Shown here one piece after another: positions 18,982 to 27,899 of a stretch of DNA of 51,909 nt. Below the pieces are notes generated by a model. That model saw only the letters and a program-made list of their open reading frames with translations, was not told where the DNA came from and searched no databases. Position 1 is the first letter of the stretch; each line of letters begins with the position of its first letter. This DNA is from Deltaproteobacteria bacterium (lineage in GTDB: Bacteria > Myxococcota_A > UBA9160 > SMWR01), in assembly GCA_032128115.1 (NCBI GenBank), contig JAQBHB010000112.1:1-51909 (forward strand), given 5' to 3'. Both the position numbers and the translations under genes were made by a program.

Positions 18982-20001
18982 GTGGCCAGGGGTGCGCGGG
19001 CCGCCTCGTGGCTTCTGGCTTGTGTGGCGCTTGCCTGCGGCACGCAGGTGGCACGGCCTCCGGTGGTGGTGAGCGACGCGGCGGGCCTGCTCTCGAGCGA
19101 GCAACGCACCACTCTCGCGGAGAAGCACGAGCTGCTGCTTCGCGACCACGACGTGGATTACAGGGTTGACGTGGCGACGGGCGCAGGCGACCTGGTCGCC
19201 TATGGGGTGCGCCGCTTCCGCGAACTCGACGTGGGCTCGCGGAGCGAGAGCCACCGCGGGCTGCTGCTGGTGCTCGACCCGGATCAGGACCGGGTTCGTG
19301 TCGAAGTGGGGCAGAACCTCGAGGAGGTGTTTCCCGACGCCTTCGTAACGTATCTGGAGACGCGCCAGATGGCGCCCTTCTTCAACGTGGGGCGCCTGGC
19401 CGACGGCGTCCTGGCCGCGACGGACCTCGTGGTAACCCGCGCGCGCAACACCGAGAAGAACGCGGCCTTCGAAGCGTCTGCGCAGACGGATGCGGCCGAC
19501 CGCGGGGCCGCGGCTCCGGCCCCGGCGGGGATCGAGGCCGATCGCAACGAAGACTTTCGCGCGGGCACTGAGGTGTTTGCGGGTGCCACGCCGCGCGAGA
19601 CCGTGCACAACTATCTCTCCGCCATGGCCACCCGCAACGGCCGCCCGGATCTCGGGCTCTACAGCCGCGAGACGCGCCAGCTGCTGGCGCGCCGGGTGAT
19701 GACGCCAGCGCAGATGAACGCAGTGTCGAGCACCTACCGGGCCTGCCGCGCCGGCGCGGCGCGCGTGGATGCGGCCGGCACCCGCGCGGTGGTGCGCTAT
19801 GGGGTGCACGCGCGCCAGTGCGCGCCCTGGTTCCTGGTGCACGAGGAGGGGGCCTGGCGGCTCGACCTGGCCGGCGCCCAGCAGGCGCTGCGCTTCGGTG
19901 CCGACAACGCCTGGCACTTCGCGCCAGACGTCGACCACGCCTACACCTTCGCGTTCCAGGACTGGGGCCTCGACCCGAACGGCTACCCACACGTACCGTA
20001 A
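18982..20001 (+). CDS. TPM (DUF477) domain exported protein or lipoprotein
   Basis: LLACVALAC lipobox-like; VSDAAGLLS, GLLLVLD...VRVEVGQNLEEVFPDAF; start uncertain (18928 or 18982). Confidence 0.8.
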   Translation: MARGARAASWLLACVALACGTQVARPPVVVSDAAGLLSSEQRTTLAEKHELLLRDHDVDYRVDVATGAGDLVAYGVRRFRELDVGSRSESHRGLLLVLDPDQDRVRVEVGQNLEEVFPDAFVTYLETRQMAPFFNVGRLADGVLAATDLVVTRARNTEKNAAFEASAQTDAADRGAAAPAPAGIEADRNEDFRAGTEVFAGATPRETVHNYLSAMATRNGRPDLGLYSRETRQLLARRVMTPAQMNAVSSTYRACRAGAARVDAAGTRAVVRYGVHARQCAPWFLVHEEGAWRLDLAGAQQALRFGADNAWHFAPDVDHAYTFAFQDWGLDPNGYPHVP

Positions 20002-20023
20002 TGGACGTGATCAGTATCATCTC

Positions 20024-20407
20024 ATGGCGGCGCGCGAGAGCAAGACCTACAGCATTCCCGTCCCGGCTGAGCTCGACGCCCAGGTCCGGGATGACATGAC
20101 GAGTTCGGGCTTCAATTCGCTGAGCGAGTACGTCCGCGATGCGATTCGAGCGAGGCTCGAACGATCCGCCCAGCGGCGCTTCGAGGCGCAGCTGGTCCGG
20201 GCCGCAGAGCGCGGAGAAGCGACCGACACAAGCGACGTCGATATCGTCGTGGAGTTCGACCCGAAGAGTTCGCTCGGAGTCTTCGAGTTCGTCGCCATCG
20301 CTCGCTACCTGCAGGAGCTGATTCCGCGAGCCGACGTGGTAGAGCGCAAGGCGCTCAAGCCGAAAATCCGAGAGCGCGTCCTGGAGGAAGCGGTTGACGC
20401 CTTCTAG
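20024..20407 (+). CDS. Chimeric ParD-like RHH antitoxin fused to the C-terminal part of an MNT nucleotidyltransferase (probable relic)
   Basis: YSIPVPAELDAQVRDDMTSSGFNSLSEYVRDAIR joined via RGEA to TDTSDVDIVVEFD...ADVVERKALKPKIRERVLEEAVDAF. Confidence 0.7.
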   Translation: MAARESKTYSIPVPAELDAQVRDDMTSSGFNSLSEYVRDAIRARLERSAQRRFEAQLVRAAERGEATDTSDVDIVVEFDPKSSLGVFEFVAIARYLQELIPRADVVERKALKPKIRERVLEEAVDAF

Positions 20408-20468
20408 GGATCCGCGGCTCTACCTCGAGGACATCGTGAAGAACATCGAAGCCGCTCGCGCGGGGTGA
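20394..20468 (+). pseudogene. HepT/DUF86 (HEPN) toxin N-terminal fragment
   Basis: Overlaps the MNT stop; (M)TPSRDPRLYLEDIVKNIEAARAG*, GGAGG upstream; only 24 codons. Confidence 0.65.
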
Positions 20469-20517
20469 GTTGCTGCGCGCTGGAATCTCGGGCCGGAACC
20501 CATTAGCGTGTTGCCCC

Positions 20518-21066
20518 ATGTCAGACGGCATCCAGTCCCAGGAGCCCCAAGCCCCCGCCGCTGAGCTCGACCCGGCGCAGCTTCTGTATCTGCGGCAGAA
20601 GCTCGAATCGGAGCAGAACCTGCTCCTGGGTATCGTCGGGGGCATCGGGGCCGCAATCGCCGGCGCCGCGGTCTGGGCGGGCGTCACCGTGGTCACTGGA
20701 TACCAGATCGGATTCATGGCGATCGGGATCGGGTTCCTGGTGGGCTTCGCGATCCGCGCGCTCGGGAAGGGAGTCACGAACCCGTTCGGCGTGGTGGGGG
20801 CCGTTCTCTCGTTGCTGGGCTGTGCGCTGGGAAACCTGATGGCGGTTACCGCGATGGTCGCGGCCGAGCAGGAAGTGCCGTTCCTTTCGGTCCTCTCCCA
20901 GCTCGATCCCGCGATCATCCAGGAACTCATGGTCGCGTTCTTCAGCCCCATGGACGTCGTGTTCTACGGCATCGCTCTCTATTACGGCTACAAGCTCGCC
21001 TTCCGACAGATCACCCGGGCCGAGCTGGAACACATGCTCTCGGGCGGCGCCCCTGCCGCCTGTTAG
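20518..21066 (+). CDS. Hypothetical membrane protein
   Basis: QNLLLGIVGGIGAAIAGAAVWAGVTVVTGYQIGFMAIGIG; about 4 TM helices. Confidence 0.8.
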   Translation: MSDGIQSQEPQAPAAELDPAQLLYLRQKLESEQNLLLGIVGGIGAAIAGAAVWAGVTVVTGYQIGFMAIGIGFLVGFAIRALGKGVTNPFGVVGAVLSLLGCALGNLMAVTAMVAAEQEVPFLSVLSQLDPAIIQELMVAFFSPMDVVFYGIALYYGYKLAFRQITRAELEHMLSGGAPAAC

Positions 21067-21203
21067 GTGACTGGGATCGATGCCTCCAGGTCGCGACAGA
21101 TCTTACGAGCCAGCTGCTCGATGATCTCCCTGGATCACCTCTCCGGTTCAGGCTTCCTCACGGGCGATTGCTCGGTTGCTCTCCAGCACGAGCTGGAGCA
21201 GCG
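21063..21203 (-). pseudogene. Fused hicB and hicA fragments
   Basis: Minus strand LLQLVLESNRAIAREEA* (HicB-like) then REIIEQLARKICRDLEASIPVT* (HicA C-terminus-like). Confidence 0.55.
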
Positions 21204-22748
21204 CTAATTCCAGGCCCCCGAGTACGCCGCTGGCGCCTGCATCAGGTCCTGGGAGCGGTCGCTCACGATGCGGAAGCGTTCGAGGATTGCGCGGTTGGCG
21301 GCGTCGACCTGGTCGCGCTGGAACGACGCCACGTTGCCCTGCTCGGTCTTGATCGTGACGAAGCGGCTGCGGGACGCGTCGAGCAGCTGGGAGAGGTGGT
21401 GCAGGTCGCGGATCAGGGTGTCGTTGACCGAGTAGATCACCTGCTCTTCGAATTCTTCGTAGCCCCGGGTGAGTTCGCTGTGGAGCACGCGCGAGATCAC
21501 CACCACCTCGCGGCGGCCCTCGACCCCGTGGCTCGGCACCAGACCGGTGGAGCCGTCCTTGGTGGGGTCGCGAAGATAGGCCTCCAGGTGGCCCGGGGCG
21601 GTTCCGTAGTTGACGAGAAAGCGGGCCGTGAGCTGCTGGAACACGAAGCCCCCGTAGATCCTGTACGGGATGTCGCGATCATATTCACCCAGCGGAACCA
21701 GGGGCGCGGGCTCGCGCATCACGACCGACGTGGTGTGGCGCACCCCATCGCGTTGGAAGATCAGGTCGAGGGAATCGCCCACCTGCACGCTCTGCACGAG
21801 GGCCATGGAGAGCACTCGCAGGCCGTTGTCGAAGTCGACGCGCCCGTCCTCGCCCACGGGCGTGCCGGCGATCTCGAGCAGCACGTCGCCGGGACGGAGC
21901 TTTCCGTGGGCCGAGCCCACCGGCGAAACAGCGGTGATCAGGACGCCGCCGTCCACGTTGGCCAGGCCCGTGGCTTCGCGCAGGGCGGGATTCGCGAGCG
22001 TCTGAACCGCGACCCCGAGCTCGGGAAAACCATCGAAGCGCCCGTCTTCCACGTCCTTCAGGAAATGCCGAATCACCGTGGGGGGCACCACGTAGCCCAG
22101 GTTCTCCACGTCGCCGACGGCGCTCTGGATAGCGATTCCCATCACCCGGCCGTCTGCAATGGCCGGACCCCCGCTGTTGCCCGGGTTGATGGCGGCATCG
22201 ACCTGCACGATCAGGTGGTTCTGGAAGGAGTGGGCGTATTGGTCGACGCCCACGCGCGAGACGATCCCCGAGGTTACCGAGAGCCCTTCGCCGCCCGTGG
22301 GGAAGCCGTGCACCTCGATGCGATCCTGGAGACGCGGGAGGCTCCCGATCTCGAGGGGTTTCGAGCCTTCGAAGAAACGCGGATCCGCCACAGAGAGCAG
22401 CGCCAGGTCGCAGCTGTGGCACACGTACTCGACATTTGCGGTGTAGCGCTTGCCGAGAAAACTGCGCTGCACCTCCAGCATGACCGCGTCGGCCACCAGG
22501 TGCGCCGCCGTGAGAACGCGCTTGCCGCCGATGATGACGCCCGAGCCCGAGACCCCGTCGGGACCCGTTCGCCGCCACGGCGCCCAGGGATCGGGGGGGT
22601 TCGAGGTCGCGAGCACCTTGACGAGGCTCTTCTGCATCGACGGGTTCTCGGCCCGGGCCGGGGAGAGGCCGGCGAGCAGCAGGATCACGAGGCTCGAAAC
22701 GAGACCGGCGGCCGCTCGGCTACCGGGAGAAACACGTCGGGTCGCCAC
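21204..22748 (-). CDS. Secreted HtrA/Deg-type serine protease with PDZ domains (copy 2)
   Basis: TAAHLV, CDLALL, NPGNSGGP; colinear paralogue of 3901-5436. Confidence 0.92.
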   Translation of the reverse strand: MATRRVSPGSRAAAGLVSSLVILLLAGLSPARAENPSMQKSLVKVLATSNPPDPWAPWRRTGPDGVSGSGVIIGGKRVLTAAHLVADAVMLEVQRSFLGKRYTANVEYVCHSCDLALLSVADPRFFEGSKPLEIGSLPRLQDRIEVHGFPTGGEGLSVTSGIVSRVGVDQYAHSFQNHLIVQVDAAINPGNSGGPAIADGRVMGIAIQSAVGDVENLGYVVPPTVIRHFLKDVEDGRFDGFPELGVAVQTLANPALREATGLANVDGGVLITAVSPVGSAHGKLRPGDVLLEIAGTPVGEDGRVDFDNGLRVLSMALVQSVQVGDSLDLIFQRDGVRHTTSVVMREPAPLVPLGEYDRDIPYRIYGGFVFQQLTARFLVNYGTAPGHLEAYLRDPTKDGSTGLVPSHGVEGRREVVVISRVLHSELTRGYEEFEEQVIYSVNDTLIRDLHHLSQLLDASRSRFVTIKTEQGNVASFQRDQVDAANRAILERFRIVSDRSQDLMQAPAAYSGAWN

Positions 22749-22900
22749 GTGGGGGCCCCCTCCGTTCGCACGGGTGTGCGAACGATATCGGCCACCCGCG
22801 GGGCGCTCGTGAGCGGCGCCCGGGGCCTCGCACGGTTCGCATCGATCGGGACCGGACCCAGGTGCCAGCGGAGTTGCCGCCTGCTGAGATCAGGGAGCGG

Positions 22901-22930
22901 GAGTCAGGGCGCGTGAGTCAGGGCGCGTGA
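22901..22930. repeat. 14-bp tandem duplication over the stop codon of the 789-aa gene
   Basis: GAGTCAGGGCGCGT x2, preceded by degenerate GAGATCAGGGAGCGG. Confidence 0.8.
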
Positions 22931-25287
22931 CACGCGGCGAAAAAGAAGGTCGCGTGGGTGGTGCCGCAGCTCTCCGAGGTGGTCATGTCGCTGGCGAGGC
23001 GCGTCTCGGCGCAGGTGAGGTTGCCGCAGACGGAGTCGCCGCTGGTTCCGATTCCCCAGTATCCGATTCCCTGACTCGCCGTGGGGCTCGACGCCGTGGT
23101 TGCGAAGGCGCGGGCGTTGGAGTTCGAGGCGTTCGGGGTTCCGTCTTCGGTTTCCCAGAAGAGTTCGGTCGACTGATTGCGATAGAAGTGGTCGCCCAGG
23201 GACGAGGAATTGTTTCCGAACATCACGTGGCCGGTGTTCCAGTCGCCTCCCTCCCAGACCCAGAGGCCCATCTGACCGGATTTCGAGCCCTGGGATTGGG
23301 GGGCGATGCGTGCGATGTGCGTCCTCGAGGTTCCCAATGCCAACTGGTCGTAGATCCGCAGGGTGTAATAGCTGGTGGGCTTGTTGCTCCCCAACGGCGA
23401 TTGGAATTCGGCCATGGCAGCCGTCGAGAACGAGCCCAGGGGATTGATCCCCGTGTCGAGTCTGACCTGGAGCCCGCGCAGGGCCGTGAGCGAGAGGTTC
23501 GACGGGCCGCGTTCCCCGCTGTAATGCGCAACCACACTCATGCCGTTCACACCGGCGAGATCCTGATCGCTGCCGCCGGGTTTCGCCGTGAAATCGAGCC
23601 AGAGACCGTAGGCCTGGGACGGGGACTCGCTGTCGTCCATCCACTGGTGATACATCTGGGTCGCGCGCGGCGTAGTGGTGGGGCCATCGAATGCGATGTT
23701 GCCCTGCTGAACGTGCAGGGAGCCGCCGATCTGACTTCCGGCCAGATTGATGCCGACTCCGCGGGTGTTGGCGTGGATCATGTCGCGCTGCCACGGAGAA
23801 GCGCTGAAGCCCCAGTCGGCGACGTTTCCTTCGGTCTCCCAGACATAGTCCCACGTTCGCCATGGACGCGAGAGCGGCGTCAGCCCGCCGAGGGTCGCCT
23901 GGGCTCCGGAATCCTCGCCGGTGATCGAATTGCCCACGGCGTCCTGGATGCGAGCCAGCCCACCCGTGGCGGGATCGATCCCGGAGGTCCTTTCGGCAAT
24001 CGTCAGGACCCCTCCGATCGACGCCTCACACGCGCCGTTGCCCGGACCCACGTCTTCGTCGCAATGGGAGTCGTCGGTGCAGCGAAACCAGCCGCGATCG
24101 CGGTTGCTGCCCGTGGTGCAGGACCCCACGATGTAGGCCTGGGCGCCGCCCGACGCGGTGATGGTTTCGCCGGGCTCGAACGGCCCGCCGCTTACCGCCC
24201 CCGGATTGAAGGAGTATTCCACGGCCTTGGGGTTCCAGTTCCACTCGAGACGCTCGGATTCGGGAGCCTCGCATTGGCCACCGTCGGCGAAGCAGGTGGC
24301 AACGGCAATCACGTTGCAATCGAGGCCCGGCGAGCAGCTCGCCGGATACTGGAACTGCCCGCACGAGTCTCCGTTGCGCGGACCCGGGCTCACGCAGGTG
24401 CCCTCGGGCTTGTAGCTCCACTCCCAGGTCGCATCCATGGCGTGCTCGTCTTGATCGATGCGCGAGCCCGAGGTGATGTCCATGTTGTATCGGGTCGAGG
24501 TCTGGTAGTCGGGCCAGTAGAAGCTCTGGCCAACCTTGCCCTGGCCGAAGCTGATCAATCCAGCCGTCGAGTGGCTGGGGGACTCAATCGACCAGCGAAG
24601 CCCGTTCTTGGCATCGCCGTCCATGTTGATCGAATTCGCTCCGAATTCGATGTTGGAATCGGCTTGCTTGAGCACGTTTCCTGTCGAGTCCGCGAAAACC
24701 GCCAGGAAATCGGCCTCGGTCATCATCGGCCCCTGCAGGCTGGCTTCGCAGGTCACACTTCCGTCGGCCTCGATCAGCTGGATGGCCTCGCCCGCTGGAC
24801 AGGATTGCGTGACCCGCATCTGGATGTCGGCCGCGTCGGTGCCCTGGAGGCGAGAGGCGTCCAGGGCATACGGAACCGTCAGGATCTGCGTGCGGCTGAG
24901 CGCACCCGTTGCACCAACGGTGACTTCCAGGAATCGAGACGGTGCGGTGGGCCCGGGGTCGCCCGCCAGCGCATCCGCAAGGCCCGTCGTGAGGGGATCA
25001 TCGGGGAGGTCGGTCGCGCTGCCGGTCGGGCCGAGCACCACGGTGAACACACCGTCCGAGAGGGGAGTCCCTGTGAATTCCTGAACGTAGAGCAACACGC
25101 CGGAGGTGAGCGCATCGTAGATGCGAATCGTGAGATCCGTTGTGCCCGTGTGCGGCTCTCCCTGGGAATCCAGCAGCACGCCCTGGTAGGTGATCATGCC
25201 CGGTACGGCGGGGGATTCGGCTCGTCCGGCTTCGAGGCTGATTCCGATCGCGAGGACGGTTGCTGCGAAGATGAGGGAGCGCTTCAC
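22918..25287 (-). CDS. Large secreted Cys-rich, tail-fibre-like surface protein
   Basis: Signal peptide; ITYQGVLLDSQGEP...IRIYDA...DGVFTVVLG...VPYAL N-terminal module; multiple Cys clusters. Confidence 0.75.
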   Translation of the reverse strand: MKRSLIFAATVLAIGISLEAGRAESPAVPGMITYQGVLLDSQGEPHTGTTDLTIRIYDALTSGVLLYVQEFTGTPLSDGVFTVVLGPTGSATDLPDDPLTTGLADALAGDPGPTAPSRFLEVTVGATGALSRTQILTVPYALDASRLQGTDAADIQMRVTQSCPAGEAIQLIEADGSVTCEASLQGPMMTEADFLAVFADSTGNVLKQADSNIEFGANSINMDGDAKNGLRWSIESPSHSTAGLISFGQGKVGQSFYWPDYQTSTRYNMDITSGSRIDQDEHAMDATWEWSYKPEGTCVSPGPRNGDSCGQFQYPASCSPGLDCNVIAVATCFADGGQCEAPESERLEWNWNPKAVEYSFNPGAVSGGPFEPGETITASGGAQAYIVGSCTTGSNRDRGWFRCTDDSHCDEDVGPGNGACEASIGGVLTIAERTSGIDPATGGLARIQDAVGNSITGEDSGAQATLGGLTPLSRPWRTWDYVWETEGNVADWGFSASPWQRDMIHANTRGVGINLAGSQIGGSLHVQQGNIAFDGPTTTPRATQMYHQWMDDSESPSQAYGLWLDFTAKPGGSDQDLAGVNGMSVVAHYSGERGPSNLSLTALRGLQVRLDTGINPLGSFSTAAMAEFQSPLGSNKPTSYYTLRIYDQLALGTSRTHIARIAPQSQGSKSGQMGLWVWEGGDWNTGHVMFGNNSSSLGDHFYRNQSTELFWETEDGTPNASNSNARAFATTASSPTASQGIGYWGIGTSGDSVCGNLTCAETRLASDMTTSESCGTTHATFFFAACHAP

Positions 25288-25940
25288 GGTGTACCTCCGT
25301 AGATCCGAGCCTCAGCCGCTTCCACGAAGCCCTGTCGCAGCTCGCCCCCGTCTGCCAGGCCGACGGGGCTCGCTGCCAGGGGATGGCCAAGCGTCGCTCC
25401 GAAGAGCGTCAGTGTGGGCGAGGCAGTCTCCGGTTCGGGTCGGGCGGAGGCCACCAGCGCGTCGAGCTCCAGCGTGAGGGGATCGACCACGACGAAGGTC
25501 CGGATCGCCTGGGAACCCGAGCCGCCCGATGCGGTGAGGGCTCGAACGCGAAATTCGTGATCTCCGGTCGGCAGGCCCGAAAGATCGAGATCCACCCGGA
25601 TCTCCGGAAATGCCTCGACCGAAAAGCCAGACACCGTGACGGGATCCCCGCCGATCGGCACCAGTCCGGAGGCATCCGTGAAGGGGACCATGAGGCCCAT
25701 CGCCTCGATGAGGTCGGTGCCATCGATTTCGACTTCGACGCTGCCCGGGTCGAGCCTGGCCGAGAGCTGCGCACCGAGGTGAATCACTGGGTCGTCGAAC
25801 AGGGAGCCCGACTCCAGCGCGACTCCCTGGATGCCCGAGCCACCGCAGCGCGCCCCGACCCCGATCGTCAGCATCGCCATCACCGCGAGCAGCTGGACGC
25901 CAGGGGGAGCTTGATGAAACCACAGCGGCTTCAGCAACAT
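25284..25940 (-). CDS. Hypothetical exported protein, translationally coupled to the 789-aa gene
   Basis: Hydrophobic N-terminus, beta-rich LPTGDHEFRVRA segment; GTGA overlap; start uncertain. Confidence 0.6.
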   Translation of the reverse strand: MLLKPLWFHQAPPGVQLLAVMAMLTIGVGARCGGSGIQGVALESGSLFDDPVIHLGAQLSARLDPGSVEVEIDGTDLIEAMGLMVPFTDASGLVPIGGDPVTVSGFSVEAFPEIRVDLDLSGLPTGDHEFRVRALTASGGSGSQAIRTFVVVDPLTLELDALVASARPEPETASPTLTLFGATLGHPLAASPVGLADGGELRQGFVEAAEARIYGGTP

Positions 25941-25994
25941 CGGCCGATTGTAGCCGAGGGCGAAACTTTGCTGGGAGAATTCAGTCCGCCCGGA

Positions 25995-27878
25995 TCAATC
26001 GGACCCCGCCCCGCCTCCCTCGCTGCGGGGGCTGCCCGGGGACCCGGCGGGGGGCCAGTCGAGCCGGTTGCGCTTCTCCGACGCGAAGCCGTCGGGAAAC
26101 TGCGGGAAGGGCAGCGCGCCTTCGCGGCGCCACGTGCGCACCTGCTCCTCGGCGTCGCGGGCCTGCTTCTCGGGGAGGCCCGTGTCGGGCGCCACGTACA
26201 TGGTGGACGACGGAAAGGCGAAGCCCGAGCCGGACTCGTTCACGACGTCGATGATGCGCAGGTAGAGATCCTCCCGCACCGCGAGGAAATCGTTCCAGTC
26301 CCGGGTTTCGACGTAGCAGAAGATCTCGATGTCGAGCGAGTAGGCGCCGAAGCCCACGAAGCGCACGCGCGCCGGATCCTCGGTGATCCGGGGATGCGCG
26401 AGCAGGAGTTCTCGCAGGCGGGCCAGCAGGTAGCGCAGCTGATCGCTGGTGGTTTCGTAGCGCACGCCCAGGATCGTGTTCAGGCGCATGCGGTCGCGCT
26501 TGGCGAAGTTCTCGAGCTGCAGGCTCGAGAGCTCCGCGTTTGGAATCGAAACCACGGTTCGGTCGAGGGTGCGCACGCGCGTGCTGCGCAGGCCGATCTC
26601 TTCCACGGTTCCCGTCTGGTCGCCGAACCGGAAGTAATCGCCCACCCGCACGGGTTGGTCGGCGAAGAGCGTGACGCCCCCGAACAGGTTCTCGATGGAC
26701 TTCTGGGCCGCCAGAGCAACGGCGATGCCGCCCACACCGAGACCGGCGACGGCGGCGGTCACGTTGACCCCCGCAGCCGACAGCACCGCGAGGCCTCCGA
26801 ATGCCAGGATCAGGCCCCTTGCGATGCGCTGGCTGGGAACCAGAACCGGGATGAGCCCCGATTGGCCGCTGGCCAGCAGGCGCTGGCGCGCGACCAGGGT
26901 TCCGATGTCGGTGCCGCGCATCACGAGCCAGGTGATGGCCACGATGAAGAGCATCCACACCGGAGTGCGCAGTGATTCCGAGGCCTGAATCGGAAGCTCG
27001 AGAGCGAGGGTGCCCAGGCTGAAAACGAGCATGCCGGTCAACAGACGCACCGGGCCTCGCACGGCACTCACGATTCGGCCATCGAGCCTTCCGGAATCGC
27101 CGGCGAAGTAGTGGTGCAGCACCCGGATCAGCCCGATGGCGAGCACCCGCGAGAAGCCCCATGCCAGCAACAGAACCAGCGCGAGTCCGCACCACTGCCA
27201 GAGCCACAGGTTGAGAATCTGGCGCTTGAAAAGGAGCTTCGGGAGGAATCTCTCGATCAGAACCGGGCCGAACTGATCGTGCAGCTCATCGATCGCGGCA
27301 ACCGTCGCGGAGGAGATCTTCCAGATGCGCACCCCGTCGCCCTCGCGCGCCACGCGCTGGAGCAGCAGATCCGTGCGTCCCTGCTTCGTGTCGACCTGGC
27401 CCAGGCGATCCTGCCACGCCGCGAGTCCGTCGTCGGAATATCCGTCGTTCGAGTCGGACAGGGTGTCGAAGTCGATCCAGAGCTTCCGATCGAGAATGAC
27501 CTTGAGCTGGCGAGCCAGCTCCGCGCCGCGCTCGGCGTCCTCGGGCTCCAGGCCCCGCAGGTCGAGAAACTCGGCCGCCTTCTCGTAGTCGCCCATGCGA
27601 GCGGCCACCAGGTAGCCATACACGGAGCCCCGCGGCGTGCCGCGGTTGAAGGGGTCGGACGGACCCATGGGCCGCGACAGGTCTTCAGCGCTGGGAGGAG
27701 CCTCCGGGGCGGGGGCTTCAGCCGCGGGCTCGGGCGGCGCGTCGGGCTTCGGGGCCTCCTGGCCGTGGGCCGGCAGAGCCCCGCCCAGGCCCACCACCAG
27801 TCCCATCGCCAGCACGGCGCAGGCGCGGTGGGTGGCCCATCCCGGTCGGGTTTCGGTGCAAAGCTTCGGCAGATCCAT
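25995..27878 (-). CDS. Small-conductance mechanosensitive channel (MscS family) with periplasmic N-terminal domain
   Basis: AGLGVGGIAVALAAQKSIENLFGG, PVRVGD, GTVEEIGLRSTRVRT, FAFPS. Confidence 0.93.
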   Translation of the reverse strand: MDLPKLCTETRPGWATHRACAVLAMGLVVGLGGALPAHGQEAPKPDAPPEPAAEAPAPEAPPSAEDLSRPMGPSDPFNRGTPRGSVYGYLVAARMGDYEKAAEFLDLRGLEPEDAERGAELARQLKVILDRKLWIDFDTLSDSNDGYSDDGLAAWQDRLGQVDTKQGRTDLLLQRVAREGDGVRIWKISSATVAAIDELHDQFGPVLIERFLPKLLFKRQILNLWLWQWCGLALVLLLAWGFSRVLAIGLIRVLHHYFAGDSGRLDGRIVSAVRGPVRLLTGMLVFSLGTLALELPIQASESLRTPVWMLFIVAITWLVMRGTDIGTLVARQRLLASGQSGLIPVLVPSQRIARGLILAFGGLAVLSAAGVNVTAAVAGLGVGGIAVALAAQKSIENLFGGVTLFADQPVRVGDYFRFGDQTGTVEEIGLRSTRVRTLDRTVVSIPNAELSSLQLENFAKRDRMRLNTILGVRYETTSDQLRYLLARLRELLLAHPRITEDPARVRFVGFGAYSLDIEIFCYVETRDWNDFLAVREDLYLRIIDVVNESGSGFAFPSSTMYVAPDTGLPEKQARDAEEQVRTWRREGALPFPQFPDGFASEKRNRLDWPPAGSPGSPRSEGGGAGSD

Positions 27879-27899
27879 CGTGCGTCCTCCTCGTGGGGG

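Noticed and set aside
5437..21203. Prophage, IS or ICE as the vehicle for the accessory block
   Set aside because: No integrase, transposase, relaxase, phage structural gene or terminal repeat was recognised
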